Part shown: piece after piece, positions 24,755 through 37,379 of the stretch
Position numbering within the stretch: position 1 is the stretch's first letter
How the letters are laid out: each line of letters begins with the position of its first letter
Origin: Lama glama
Taxonomy: Eukaryota
DNA length: 64,000 nucleotides
Reading direction: 5' to 3'
Assembly: GCA_028534125.1 (NCBI GenBank)
Contig: CM052817.1
Span: forward strand, 36,086,001 to 36,150,000
Notes under the pieces: model-generated
Told to the model about the DNA's origin: nothing
The model's database searches: none
The model's input: the letters and a program-made list of their open reading frames with translations, nothing else
Position numbers and translations under genes: made by a program

Positions 24755-27509
24755 ATATATTTCAGATTTCTACTAAGCAATAAGAAAATGTTAGAAATAT
24801 TTTCCTGTCTTACTGGGGAGAAGGGTTCTACATTTTTGCAAGTCTTTTTGTTTTGTTTGTTTTGCTTCCAAAACAATACCTCTTCACGTTGGCTAAAATT
24901 TCTTGTCCTGCAAACATTGACAGCTTCAGCTCTTTGCATTTACCCATTGGTCAGGAAAATCTGTTTGCTCCTAAATGTCAGTAATTTGCTTTCATTTCTA
25001 CTGGCTGGGTGTTGCATTCTTAGTTACAACATGCAAATAACAAGACTATAAACAAAGCTGCTTGGGTTTACAATAAAGAAGTATACATACATCTACAAAA
25101 ATATCCCCCCCAAATTACACTCCAGGCACTTAGCTATGAGCTGATCTGCACACATTTACATTTGTTTTCCAAAAGGAAGAGGGTGATTGTTTTTTTTGCA
25201 ATATTCCTGAGTGGGGCCGAACCAAAAATCTAAGCTGCAGAACATCAGCTGCTACATCACACCTCAGATGGATGCACAGAAATGCTATAAATGGAGGGTA
25301 ATATATGTCAATGCCTGAGACTGTGGATAAATCAAAAATGCTCAAGTGTGGCACCTTATGTTTTGCAGAGGAAGGAAGGAAAGAAAACATGCTAATTTCA
25401 CTCACCTAATCATTCTCTAAGAAAATTCTTCCACTTAGCACTTTCTGTTGCAACATGAGGGGGAAACCTGAATTCCAGAAACAGTGTTTACTTAATACTT
25501 ACAATTTTGTCCTTTCACGTGTCCCTCACTTCCTCTCTCCCCTTTGCTCTTTGTTTTTTTTTTTTTTTAGGCCCCAGTAGATGGTTCTTTAGTTTTATCA
25601 ATGAATGAAACCTAATCCTTAGCATTTACCCATTTTTCTGTACTTTTCAGTACTCAGGGAATACTTACCAACTGTTTCTTCTAGCTCAAATCACTTGAAA
25701 ATGTAGTTAAAGTGTATAGCTAAATATGCAGATTATGTTAATTTTGAGGGTAGCCAGCCACATTAACCAATTAGAAAGTTGGACTAATTGGAACATTTAT
25801 CAGGAGAGTTCAAAAGGGAATTGAATGGTATGGTGGTTTGATCCAGTAATTGAGGGTCCATTCTGAATCCCTCACTCTGGGAATTTTCCCAGCCATATTT
25901 GATTTTTCTTAGACAGAGAAAATGCCATGCTGTTCATAATTCTAGTTAGCTTGCTCTGTAATTAAATTAGTAGGCATTGCATTCTGTGGCCTTAGTTTAG
26001 GAATGAGTGCAGCTCATAAAGAGACTGTAAGTCTGGAGGGGGTCATTCATTTCTGGGCATTCGCCAATGTTGAGCCACATAAAGAAATAAGTTAGATGGT
26101 GCTTCTCCCCCCCAAACCCTCATGTCTTTGTTATTGCCCTTCTCAGTTATAGCTCCTTAGATTTGGACTGTCACCTGAGTCTATTTGATAAATGTTCTTC
26201 CCACAGGCAGCTGTTTTGAGAGACTATAACATCATGTGTCTGGAGACCTTAAGCACCCGATGGCCTGACATACATGAAGTGATTGCCCAAATCACTCCAT
26301 GTACTTGATTTTTTTTTGTGAAAAAAAAAAGATTAATTGGCTGCTTAAGCTTGGCAATTATTCATAGTCAGCAAACAGGAAATAATTAAAACATGGGTTT
26401 ATACTAGTAACCAAGGAGGAAATTGAACAAATTCCAAGTTGTTACAGTTTGTCATTGGCTTCGTTTCGTGACACACACTCCCCTTTTCATTCCCAGTGCA
26501 TGTGCTTATTTTTAAAAATTGAAAGTGAATCTGAGTTCTCTATTTCAAACTTTGGCAAAAAATTATGACTCATTTAATATCATTGGACATGCCTGAAATT
26601 GACATAAAACTAGGAACAGGCATAAATAAGCTCTATAAATAAGTGGGGGCATGTGATAGTAATACAGTATTCATTTTGCACAGGTGTAGAAACGGTGATC
26701 TTTTCAAGTGTTTTGCATTCTGATGTGTACATTTTGTGGAAAAGTTTATTTTCACTGTCCTTGGCCATTTTTTCTGAAAATTCCGTTTAAAAATCAGTGC
26801 ATAAAATTGATTTTTAGAATTAACTGACTTAATTAATTTGAAGTCAGTTCTTTAGCTGTTGCAGGATTTATACCATTGTCAAGATTACGTTACTAAACCC
26901 TATGCAAGGGTACTTTTATGAAAGAGAAAAAAGGAATAAGCTAATTAACTATCAAAATTAATTATCCTCATTTTCTTTTCAAATTTTACTGTTGTTCTTG
27001 GGCACTGGACATGGGTTGATGCCCTATTGACTGCTACTGACTAAGTAAATCTAATACTGGGTCTGTTTCGTTTTGTTTAAACTGTAGTGCCTACATTTTC
27101 TTTCTTGGAACACTTAGAACTGCTCAAAATTCAGGGACACATCCAAATCAAGAATATCTGATTTTGTCTTTCATTGATAAGTTTACTTTGTGCAGATGCA
27201 GCCTGAAAAATATTTGCTCATGATTAAAACCTCGTGTTTCTGTCAAGAGACATTCTTGACACGCTGCCAGTACATTTTAATAAATTAATCACCTTATACG
27301 TGCTATCAGGCATAATGCATTGTGAGTGGATTTTGACTAAGGTCGATGTAGAGTTGTTATATTCAGAAGAATGCCAGGGAGCTTATAAAGTCCACAAGAG
27401 CTTGTTAAGGGCTGCTGGAATGGGGGTTAGTCATCCCATCAAATTTTGATAAGTTAAAATCGAAGGCAAGGCAGTAAGCAACAAAAGTGGACACAGAATA
27501 CAGTCATTT

Positions 27510-27660
27510 GCACATCACTAGCTGTGTGACCTGGAGAAGTTATGTGCCTGCTCTGAGTGTGCTGTTCTCAAGTGAGGGGCAAGGACCAGGGAGGGTTTTG
27601 TTGAGGATTTACATGAGATATAATGTCAAGCACCTGATAATACCTGGCTGATGAATAAAT
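27510..27660 (+). mobile_element. MIR fragment
   Basis: cactagctgtgtgacctggagaagttatg...tgaggatttacatgagatataatg. Confidence 0.65.
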
Positions 27661-27731
27661 GTGTGAGGGAGAGAAAGTGTAAAGGAAAAAAAGCTTGATT
27701 TTGATTGCCTCTGTTGGCTACAAAGAAATTT

Positions 27732-27761
27732 TCTCTCTCTCTCTCTCCCTCTCTCTCTCCC

Positions 27762-27800
<39 letters not shown>
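27732..27800 (+). repeat. Compound (CT)n(CA)18 microsatellite
   Basis: Interrupted CT tract 27732-27764, CA x18 at 27765-27800. Confidence 0.95.
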
Positions 27801-27805
<5 letters not shown>

Positions 27806-29546
27806 AGCTGAAGCACATGAACAGTTGTGTTCAGATCCCTGCACCATTTACATCATCTCCCCAAAGTGCTTCTGAATTCTAAGAAAACCAACCATATTGC
27901 TAACTGAATGTTCACTAGAGTACCCTTGTTAATTTGCATTATAATTTGTTACATGTTAGAGTTCAGGAAAAAAAAAGTAATGCAGTGCCCATTTGATAAC
28001 ACATGGAGGCAATTTCCCTGTAATAATAATCATTATGGTTTTTAGTTGCAGTCTTTTTGCATAGTGTTGGTCAAAATTAATACTTTTTAACACAGAATCA
28101 TTGATTAGGGCGCAAACCCAATTCTAACATTTTTATGATTGGTTAAGTGTTTTCAAGGGCTGTTTTGAAGTCAAATGTATCAGCTATCAGTTTGGCTTAC
28201 AGTACTCACTCCCATAAGAGCGCTGCTCCAGGTGGTTTCTTCCCAAGACACCTGGACGTTTCCCAGGTGTCATCGCCTCTAACTCTCCAAGCTTTGTCCT
28301 CAGCCCATCAACGTTAGAGTCAGTAATAAAGTTGATCTATCACTTACCCTTCACTTGGGAAGAATGGCACAGTCACTTAGAAACTTTAAAATCTTTGGCA
28401 ACATAAACATGAGAGTAGCTAAGTGATACTGAAATTGGTAACCAAAATCATGAGAGAATGAAAAATAGTGTGTCATATTTCATCTTCCTCCTTCCAACTA
28501 AATTAAGACCTTTCCTACTTCCAGGACAGATGTATGTGTGTGTTACACTATCACTTGTAATAAGATTTTTGGTGATTGCCAGGGTAATATTACCAACTAA
28601 AGCAAACTTTTCTCTTTTCATTAGTGATGCTTGTGGTGTACCCCACCCGCACAAGAGGAAATTACTAGAGCTTCTTCTTAATTTTATCTAATAATTTACA
28701 TTTCTACTTTTGTCTGTTTAATAATGCACATAATAAAACGTAGACGGATACTTAGTCATATATTGACTAAGTGGCTGCTTAAAAGCAAATTTTATGCGAG
28801 TAAATAGTCAAAAATGTTCAAAGTCCACTTCAGTAGACAGTAAAAGGGAGAGACTGTTTGAGGCCCTTTATCAGAAGGAAAAAACATGTTAAAGAAAGGA
28901 AAAATGTTTTATTGTAGTACATGTTTTACATTTCTTAATTAAATACTTTTATGTGAAGCTTCCTATTACATCTGTGTTGTTTGAGGAACTTAAACTATGT
29001 TTATAATTTCATTTATGTCCTTTCATGTTATCTACCCTCATTAATACTTCCCGTAACTACAAAGAACACAAGTGTTTACTGCTGTGCTTTTCGCTGCTAG
29101 GGCATCATTCCTGAAGTGGCTCACACTTAACAGTGTGTTGTTAACACTTGTTGAAACAGTTGGCTGTCTCTTACTTTCATCATCATGTTAATGAGCTGTG
29201 ATTAGCTTTACTGAGATAATTATGTGATCGTTTTAAAGGTTTATGTGTAATGTATGAATACTTGGATGGGGCTCGTAGAATAAAATAGTAAAAAGCTTCC
29301 CCTTGCAAGTGTGATATGAATTACTTTGGCCTCAGGCTAATCTTCAAAGAAACTTCTCTTGATGGTCTCCCTTGAAGGAGTAATTGACCTTCCAAGGTAG
29401 AGTGCTTTACTAACCCTGCTCCATTGTAAGATTAGCTCTGATGCGTGGAAACAAAATTTGTGACAGGTAGAACAGAGTTGTGGTAAAATTGACATGCTAT
29501 GATAGTAACAGAAATTTTATTAATTCAAATTTTATTTTCCTTTTAG

Positions 29547-29588
29547 TTCACAGGAAGATGAAAGACCCATGTCACCTTTCTACCTGAG
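29547..29588 (+). CDS. FAM13A: FAM13A 42-nt coding exon ((S)SQEDERPMSPFYL(S))
   Basis: Acceptor tttattttccttttag|, donor GAG|gtattt, phase 2-2. Peptide matches recalled FAM13A SQEDERPLSPFYLS. Confidence 0.93.
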
Positions 29589-32500
29589 GTATTTATTTGA
29601 TTTTTATTGATCTGTTACGGGGAACGGAGGAGGGTTAAGGCTTCTTTGGGTTTATTTTCCCATGTTAATTCTTTTCAGTAGAATATTCTATCCTGTGGCC
29701 AGACCACGCTTATTAGAACCCCTCATCGTAATATTCATGCTATATTTTTCTTCTCTTTTGTTTAAAAAAATCTTGAAAACAAATTTTAAAATGGTTGAAA
29801 AGACTAAAATAGGATACTTGGGTTTAAATTCAGAAATGTCAAGGTAGTCATTTTCATTTCCAAAACGGCCTGATGATGAGCCTGTAACCTAAATTTTAAA
29901 ATCTCTTTAAAATCTGTATACAGATAGAGGAGGGCTTTGAGCACAAGGCTCACTTGCTGAAGAAGTTGTGGGTTATCTTAGATCATCTTCTGTATAGCAG
30001 TGGTGTGGGAAACTCACATTTAGCAAGTTTGTGGATTGTTGTCTAAAGTTTATAAAGCCAGAATGACAACTCTTAAAACAGGGAAGTTTACAGAATTCAA
30101 AGTAGATGTTAGATGAGATCACTTCTCTCCAGACTAAAAAGTTGTATTGATGTGATTTTCTGTGAACCGTCCCCCTTAGGGCACAACCTTGAGCCAGGTT
30201 TTTCTTACTTACTGCATTTCTTTCCTTACTATCTACCCACTTCAAAGGCTTAGAAAATATATTTGAAAAGAATATGATCACATAAATTACAGTTAAAATT
30301 GCTGAAGTTTTTTTTTTAACCTACCTCAACTTTGAAATCCACTTTTTAAAAAGCAGTGTCAGGATAAGAGGTACATATTTTGTTTGTTGCTTGTCTGTTT
30401 TTGAGTCTGGTTTGTTGCAGTAGTCTCAGAGTTAGATTCAGATTTTAATTCAGCCACCATAGTTCAGAAGTGTGTCATAGGACGTCAGACTTCAGGCCAA
30501 GGAACCGCTTTGCAGTAGTGTTCTGCCCTTTAGTGACTTGAAGCATGTTGCGTAATCACTTTGTGGCAAGAGAGGGAACATTTGGGGTTTCAGTTTGAGA
30601 CAGCACGGTGGTCCGTTTGATTCATCCTGGTGTCCTGCCAACCACAGCAGCATCTTCTGGTTCATAGGCTCTGTCAACGGTGCAGCTACTGTCAACACAG
30701 GAGGGGCTGTTGCTGGGTGCACGGTGACTCCAGTGTTCATTATGTGGATACACACAGTAATAGCAAACAAATGATTATCATATATTAATGGAAATTAAGT
30801 TTTACATAGTATGGAAGACTATAGCACCAGATCATGACAACTAGTGAGAACCATTCTCTGAATATCTTATTTTTACTACTCTGGATAACATCAGTCTATG
30901 TCTTATCTAGTATTGAATTTTCTTTTTTTTACCACTGTTTTAAAAAATGGATAGGGAAAATGGGCTTATAGGTCGTTAAGTCCTCAAAAACACATAATTG
31001 TGTTTTAGAATATGATACATTTCATAATTACCTAGACTAAGAATGTACTCTGGAAAAAGAAATTCTGTACTTCCAAAATGAATGTAAAAGAGTGTAAAGA
31101 AAATCACTACTGAACTCTCGATGGAAGCTATTTGACCTTTTAGTGTTAAGAGTCATAAAAACTAAAATGTGATCAAAGTAGGGGGAAAAATAAATGTGCA
31201 TACTAGTTTGCGTTTGCAGTAGAGGTAAAGTTGCAGAAAGAGGAAAAGTTACTGGGAGACATTCTTTTCATATAAGGGAAATTTAAACTAAGTGAACGTA
31301 TTTTGTAAATGCAAAACTATAAATTCTTTGGCCTGAAATTTAAAATTTCAAATGTAGTTTCTTTTTCTGAATAACATAGTTGATAATCATAGAAATTATG
31401 TAAGAATTAGGTTCGTATGAATTACTTTAGCTTTCTTTTTTTACCCACTAGACATGAAGCAAGGAGAATCTATTGATAAAACGTGAAACTTTTTTTCTAA
31501 ATCATTTGCATGGCTGGCTTGAGATTAACTTTTACTAGCCTGTTCTATACAGAATTTAAGTAGAAGAAAGAAAACATGATTGTTAATTATGATTCAGTTC
31601 TAGATTTTTGGGGCTAGAAACATTAATATGTCCATGGAAAATTTAATTTGTTTATCAGTACACTGTTTTTTGCACTACCTCTAATAGCAAATGAATGCTT
31701 AAATGTTTTAAATATATTTAACTACATTTCTGTAAAGTCCTTGCCTTCCATCCCTTTCCATCCCACTTGATTACAGTTCCTTTGCTGCACTGTTAGTAAA
31801 GGGGAGTTACTGCAAGACTAATAAATTTCATAATGATTTGTTAACATGATGAAAAACTAAATTGGCTCTTTTAAATCCAAAATAATTTTTACTGTGCCTT
31901 GGAAAAGTAAAAAATAATTGGTTGTTGCAAAATGGTATCTTCCCTGGCTTAGGAATATTGAATGCTAAATATTATACATTGGCAGTGCTGATTGGTCAGA
32001 TTTTTTCAGAAGAGGAAAGGCCCAATCAGGAGATAAGACCTGTCAGCTGAGATGGATACTCTCCAGAGTAGATTCAGCCACAAGAAGCCAGGCAGCGGGG
32101 ATGGGGTATTCAGTGGTGGGGTATTCAGTTTGGTGGTTTATCGTGAGGGGTCCAACATAAGGTAGAATGGCATATCTCAGTGTCTGCAAGTTTGGGAGTG
32201 AGCAATCTTCAGGTAGACCAGATCAAAACAGAGATAAGATGAGGGCAAAGCAGGCCTCCAGGTTCAGAGAAGGAGAATAGATGGTCCATAAAGGAACTCA
32301 GAAACAGAAGCTCAGACAGGCATCTAGCCATCAGAAGGGAGATAAGGTGCATTGTTTATAACGACACGGAGGGGTCTGTGTCTGGGTTAGAGATGGAGAG
32401 CATAAAGAGGCTGCAGTGCACTGGTGGAGGTTCCAGGACCTTCCTGAGTCCAGGGGAAGGAGCCTGAGATGCAGGAACAGAGAACACAGGGGGCTGTTTC

Positions 32501-34414
32501 AGTTATTCCCTTGCTCCGCCTCTCACCTTGTAGAATTTCATTTTTTCTGATTGCTATTCCCTTTTAACAGTCATGGCTGAACCACATGGTAGTCTCCTAT
32601 ACACTTCAACTGCCTTCCATCCTTTCTGTAATAAGGTAGGGCTCTTATAAATAAACCTGCACTCAGATATTCTCATTCTAGATAAGTGATCTTCTGTGGT
32701 AAGAACTCTGGCTTCCCTAATTTCAGTCGTCATCCAACCTAACCTAACTCACCACCGAGGCAGTTGAAGAAATCGTAGCTACGAATCTGTACCTGCCGCC
32801 ATCCCATGTGGCAAGTTTATTGCAGCTACAGTAGCTCAAACAGTAGGTGTCATTGTTCCCTAGGTGCTCATTAGTGATGACCCGCCCTGTTGAAGTGATT
32901 AAGGTAATGAACGGGAAGGACAGGTTATGCCAAACCCTCCGTGAGATTGCCACTATATAAACATGAACCTGCATACCTAAGGTGAAGAACATGCTTGGCA
33001 AAGTTGCCTGTACCCTGGCCTCTTTGATAGTCTAGGCTGAAATCCCAGAAAAGTTGCCCCACGTCAGTTGCTCAGATTAGTGTGACAGCAACTTGCCATA
33101 GGTGTTCTTCTGCCTGGCACCCAGTCAGATCTGATTGGGATCCATTGCTCGTTCTCCTTCTGTTTGTCTGAGTCTTCAGTGTCTGCAAGCCCAAGTCGTG
33201 ATTTCTGTTGTTATTTCCACTGGAACTAGGGTTCTTGATCTCCACTTTCTGTTCCTCCTCATCTCTACTGCTCCCATCACCCCTGCAATACCTTAACGTT
33301 CCTTATGGCCAGGATCAGGTCCTGTCCTCATCCCATCACATCTGATTTTGACCCTTGAATTCCTTCTTTATAAATTCCTGGACTGTACACATAGGCTGGA
33401 TACCTAGAACCCGTCCTTGCCTATGCTTTATCAGAATCCTGAATGTGTGCTTCAGGGGTTGCATACCTGTAACCAGTCTTACTCACTGGGCTCCAAACAG
33501 CTCACCTGGCCTCTGAATGGTGGCTCCTTCCTTACCTAACACTTGTCTTCTAGCATCTGCACTGAGTCTCCTCTTTTTCCCTGTCTTATTGTATGCCTCG
33601 TTGAAACCCTGAAATCAATAGTGTTTATCAATTTCAGCCCAGATTTTTAAATTCATGATGCTGATTGAAGCTGTGACAATTTTAGCAGATTTCAATTTCA
33701 GTACTTCATATGTTTTCTAATCTTCTTGAATTAGGAACACCAATTAGATTTATTTCTAAGTTAGCTGTTTGGCACACAAATTCATTCTTTAGGATTTTGT
33801 TAATTTTTCTTCTAGAATCTAGGAAGCATCAATTTAATGAAAGTCTTCTAACTGAAGAATGTCTGTTGAAGGAAAAATTAAGCTTTGGATAAATTCAGAT
33901 TAAAACAGACATTTGATGGGATTTAGAAATTATACCACTTCTATCTTGATATGTAGAAAAACTCTTTCTAACTCATCTTTGGATGGCTTTTTGGGGATTA
34001 CCTTTCCTGGATGAATTTGTGCTAGAATTTGTATGTTTGTGATTTTTTTTGGTAATATTTATTAAGTTTTTAATAGTTTGTTTTTCTCCCTAAGCATAAT
34101 GTATGCTAAATTATCTAAATTATCATTTTGAGGTTAAAAGCTCTTAGTATCAGGTGGGATAGTTACCAGACTATATTTTTTTATAAGCCTGTTTCGGGCT
34201 ACTGACTAAAATGTAGAATAAACAAGCAGGCTGTTTATTTATCTACTTGATTTTTTTCCCAAGATGATAAAGTCAGCTAGATGTTTCAAGTGTCTTTAGA
34301 CACAGATAAATATATATTTAAAATTGTTTTTTCTTATCCCTTTCGACTAGAATAGCATTTCTAAACAGAGGAAGTACATGATTTCTGTTTATGGAGCTCT
34401 TTTGGGTTTTTTTA

Positions 34415-34620
34415 GGTGGTGGTTAAATATAAATAAAATAAAATTTGCTGTTTTAACCATTTTAAATTATTTTTAATTGTTATAAAATACACACATATAA
34501 AACTTACCATCTTAACCATTTTAAGTACATTTCCACTAATAATGCATAAGTGTCTGGTTTCTCTACATTCTTGTCAACATGTGTCATTTTCTGGTTTTTT
34601 ATAATACTGTCTTTATGATG
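34415..34620 (-). mobile_element. LINE-1 fragments (antisense)
   Basis: aaacttaccatcttaaccattttaagt, then acatttccactaataatgcataag...tctctacattcttgtcaaca. Confidence 0.6.
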
Positions 34621-34717
34621 TAAAATATGTGGTGCTCATTAAAGATGCCTGGGTCTCACTAGCCAAGATTCTGAGTCTCAAGAGGGCTGGCTGTCCATAT
34701 TTCCAAAAAGTGTCATA

Positions 34718-36033
34718 GAACAAACTTTTCAACAAACAGTGCAGGGAAAACTGGATATCCATATGCAAAAGCATATAGTGGAACACTTACCTAACACCAT
34801 ATACAAGAAATTAACTCAAAATGGTTCAAAGATCTACATATAAGAGCTAAAACCATAAAACTCCTAGAAGAAAACACTGGGCAAAAGTTACATGACATTG
34901 GATTTGACAGTGATTTCTTAGGCATGACACCAAAGGTACAGAAAACTTAAGGAAAAATAGACAAATTGGACTGGTTGAATTTCTTTTTTAATTTTGTGCA
35001 TCAAAAAAAAAAAAACTATCAACAGAGTGAAAAGGCAGCTCGCAAAATGGGGGGGAAATATTTGCAAACCATGCATCTGATATAGATTCATATCTAGAAG
35101 AGATAGAGAACTCCTAAAACTCTACAATGCAAAACAAACATCACAATTCAAAAATGGACAAAGGACTTGAATAGGCATTTCTCCAAAGAACAATATACAG
35201 ATGGCCAGTAAGCACATGAAAAGATGCTTAACATCTCGTCAGGGAAATGCAAATCAAAACTACAATGAGACACTACCTCATACCCATTAGGATGGCTGCT
35301 ATTTAAAAAAAAAAAAAACACACACACACAGCAAATAACAAGTATTGGCAAAGATGACAAGAAATTGGAACACTTGTGCATTCCTGGTTGAAATGTAAAA
35401 TGGTGCAGCCACTAGAGAAAGTAGTAACGGCAGTTCCTCAAAAAATTAAACTTAGAATTACCACATGATCCAGGAATTCTACTTCTGTGTATATACTCAA
35501 AAGAATTGAAAATAGGGTCCGAAAGAGATGTTTTTACACCCATTTCATAGTAGCATTATTCACAATAGCCAAAAGGTGGAAGCAACCCAGATGTCCATCA
35601 ATGGATGCACTGATAAAATGCAGTTTATACATATATTATTCAGCCTTTAAAAAGGAAGGAACTTTTGACAAGTACACGACATAGATGAACCTTGAGGACA
35701 TTTATACTGAGTGAAATAAGCCAATAACAAAAAGACAAATACTACATGATTCCACTTATATGAGGTGCCTAATGTAGTTAAATTTATAGATCCGTAAAAT
35801 AGAAGAGTGGTTGCCAGGGGCTGGGAGGAAGGAGAGAATCAGGAGTTACTGTTTAATGAATACAGAATTTCAGCTTTACAGGATGAGAAGAGTTCTGGAG
35901 CTGTATAATAGTGATGGTTGCATAGTAATGTGAATGTACTTGATGCCCCAGGATGTGCACTTAAAAATGGTTAAGATTAAGATGGTAAATTTTATATTAT
36001 GTATATTTTACCACAGCAAAAATAATTTGAAGG
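34718..36033 (+). mobile_element. 5'-truncated LINE-1 (L1MA/MB-like) with 13-bp TSD, inserted in a MER5-like element
   Basis: ORF2 motifs (IVALFTIAKRWKQPRCPS in ORF 35487-35684). Perfect TSD AAAAAGTGTCATA at 34705-34717 and 36034-36046. Confidence 0.93.
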
Positions 36034-37379
36034 AAAAAGTGTCATAAGAGATTTTGATGTATATCCCTAGCTAAAAACCACTGAACCAGACCAACCATGT
36101 AATTATTTTATACTGAAGAATGGTTATAAACTTTACTGCTGTTTATGGTACCATTGTTCAGGGATTCATTATTGAGTTCTTGACATCTGAGGATCATTAG
36201 TCATATTTTTTGCATAGTAAGCAATAAGTAAAAATTCTTGATTTAATTCTATCAATGTTAATTAAGATATTAAACATATATTTAGGCTATACTAAGAAAC
36301 AAAGATAAATTATATAAATGTTTATATTTTTATGCTTCTCTTCATATCTCCTCTCAGCTTGAAAAAGCAAAGGAAATATTTAACTTGTAGAAAATGATAC
36401 CTTTGTAGCCATTCTGTCTAGATTTCTTGCTGCTTCATTTTTCAGTCTCCTGCCTCGCTATAGACTTCTGTTTATAAGAACTTAAGATTTTAATGACATG
36501 TAAACCTCTGCATAGCAGAGTAGCTTTGCCTGATGTAACTACTTCCAGCTTCCCATTTAAATTCTAATTATGATATGAAAGACGAAAACTAGAGACAGTT
36601 TTATAGCAACAATAAAGAAGAAAACTGTATGTCAGAGGTCACATCATCAATAAGGATGATTGGAGAAACATTTTTGCCTTGCTGGCTTCATGTTTCACCA
36701 TCTAAACAATACAGTGACCACAAGGATAGAAGGAAGGGGGAAAAAAAAACTGACTTGGATTCCTTCCAGTGTCTACTGCACTGACCAGAAAATCAAGTGA
36801 TATTCCCTCAGCTGAGCAGAAACTTATCTTCTGAACCATCCAGAGCTGAGTTGTATATTCTTTGTCACCTCCGATTTAGAAACTAGAATGTTAAGTACAC
36901 AGAACAATAGAGAGGAGGGGTCAACCCCCTGGGACGCTCAGTTACCTAGCAAAAACATTTGAGAAAGGGATAAAGGCAAGGAGATTATTGAATTTAATGG
37001 ATGCTTTCAAGTGTACGCTGCACAAAGACAAACTACAAATTTGTTTCAAATTCTCCAGCTTAAATCATAAAATTGGACCAAACAGCAAGTCCATGCAAGT
37101 ATACATTATAGATTGTTCCAGGACAGGCTCATATTCTGGCTTTTAAAGTCTAAATCCAAGAGGGGGCATCTGCCCATAGCCAAGGGACAATGAAATAAAT
37201 TCAGAACAGACTTTACCCAGCCAAGTTTTTGATAATGATTCTGCCTGAATTTATGGTCCCCCCTTACGAACCACTAAAAACGAGAACTCTTTGGGAATCC
37301 ATAAAGAGAAATTACAAACTAAGGGAAAGGATGACTTGCCCTGCGGACTCAGAGTAGAAACAGATTTGAGACAACTGTT

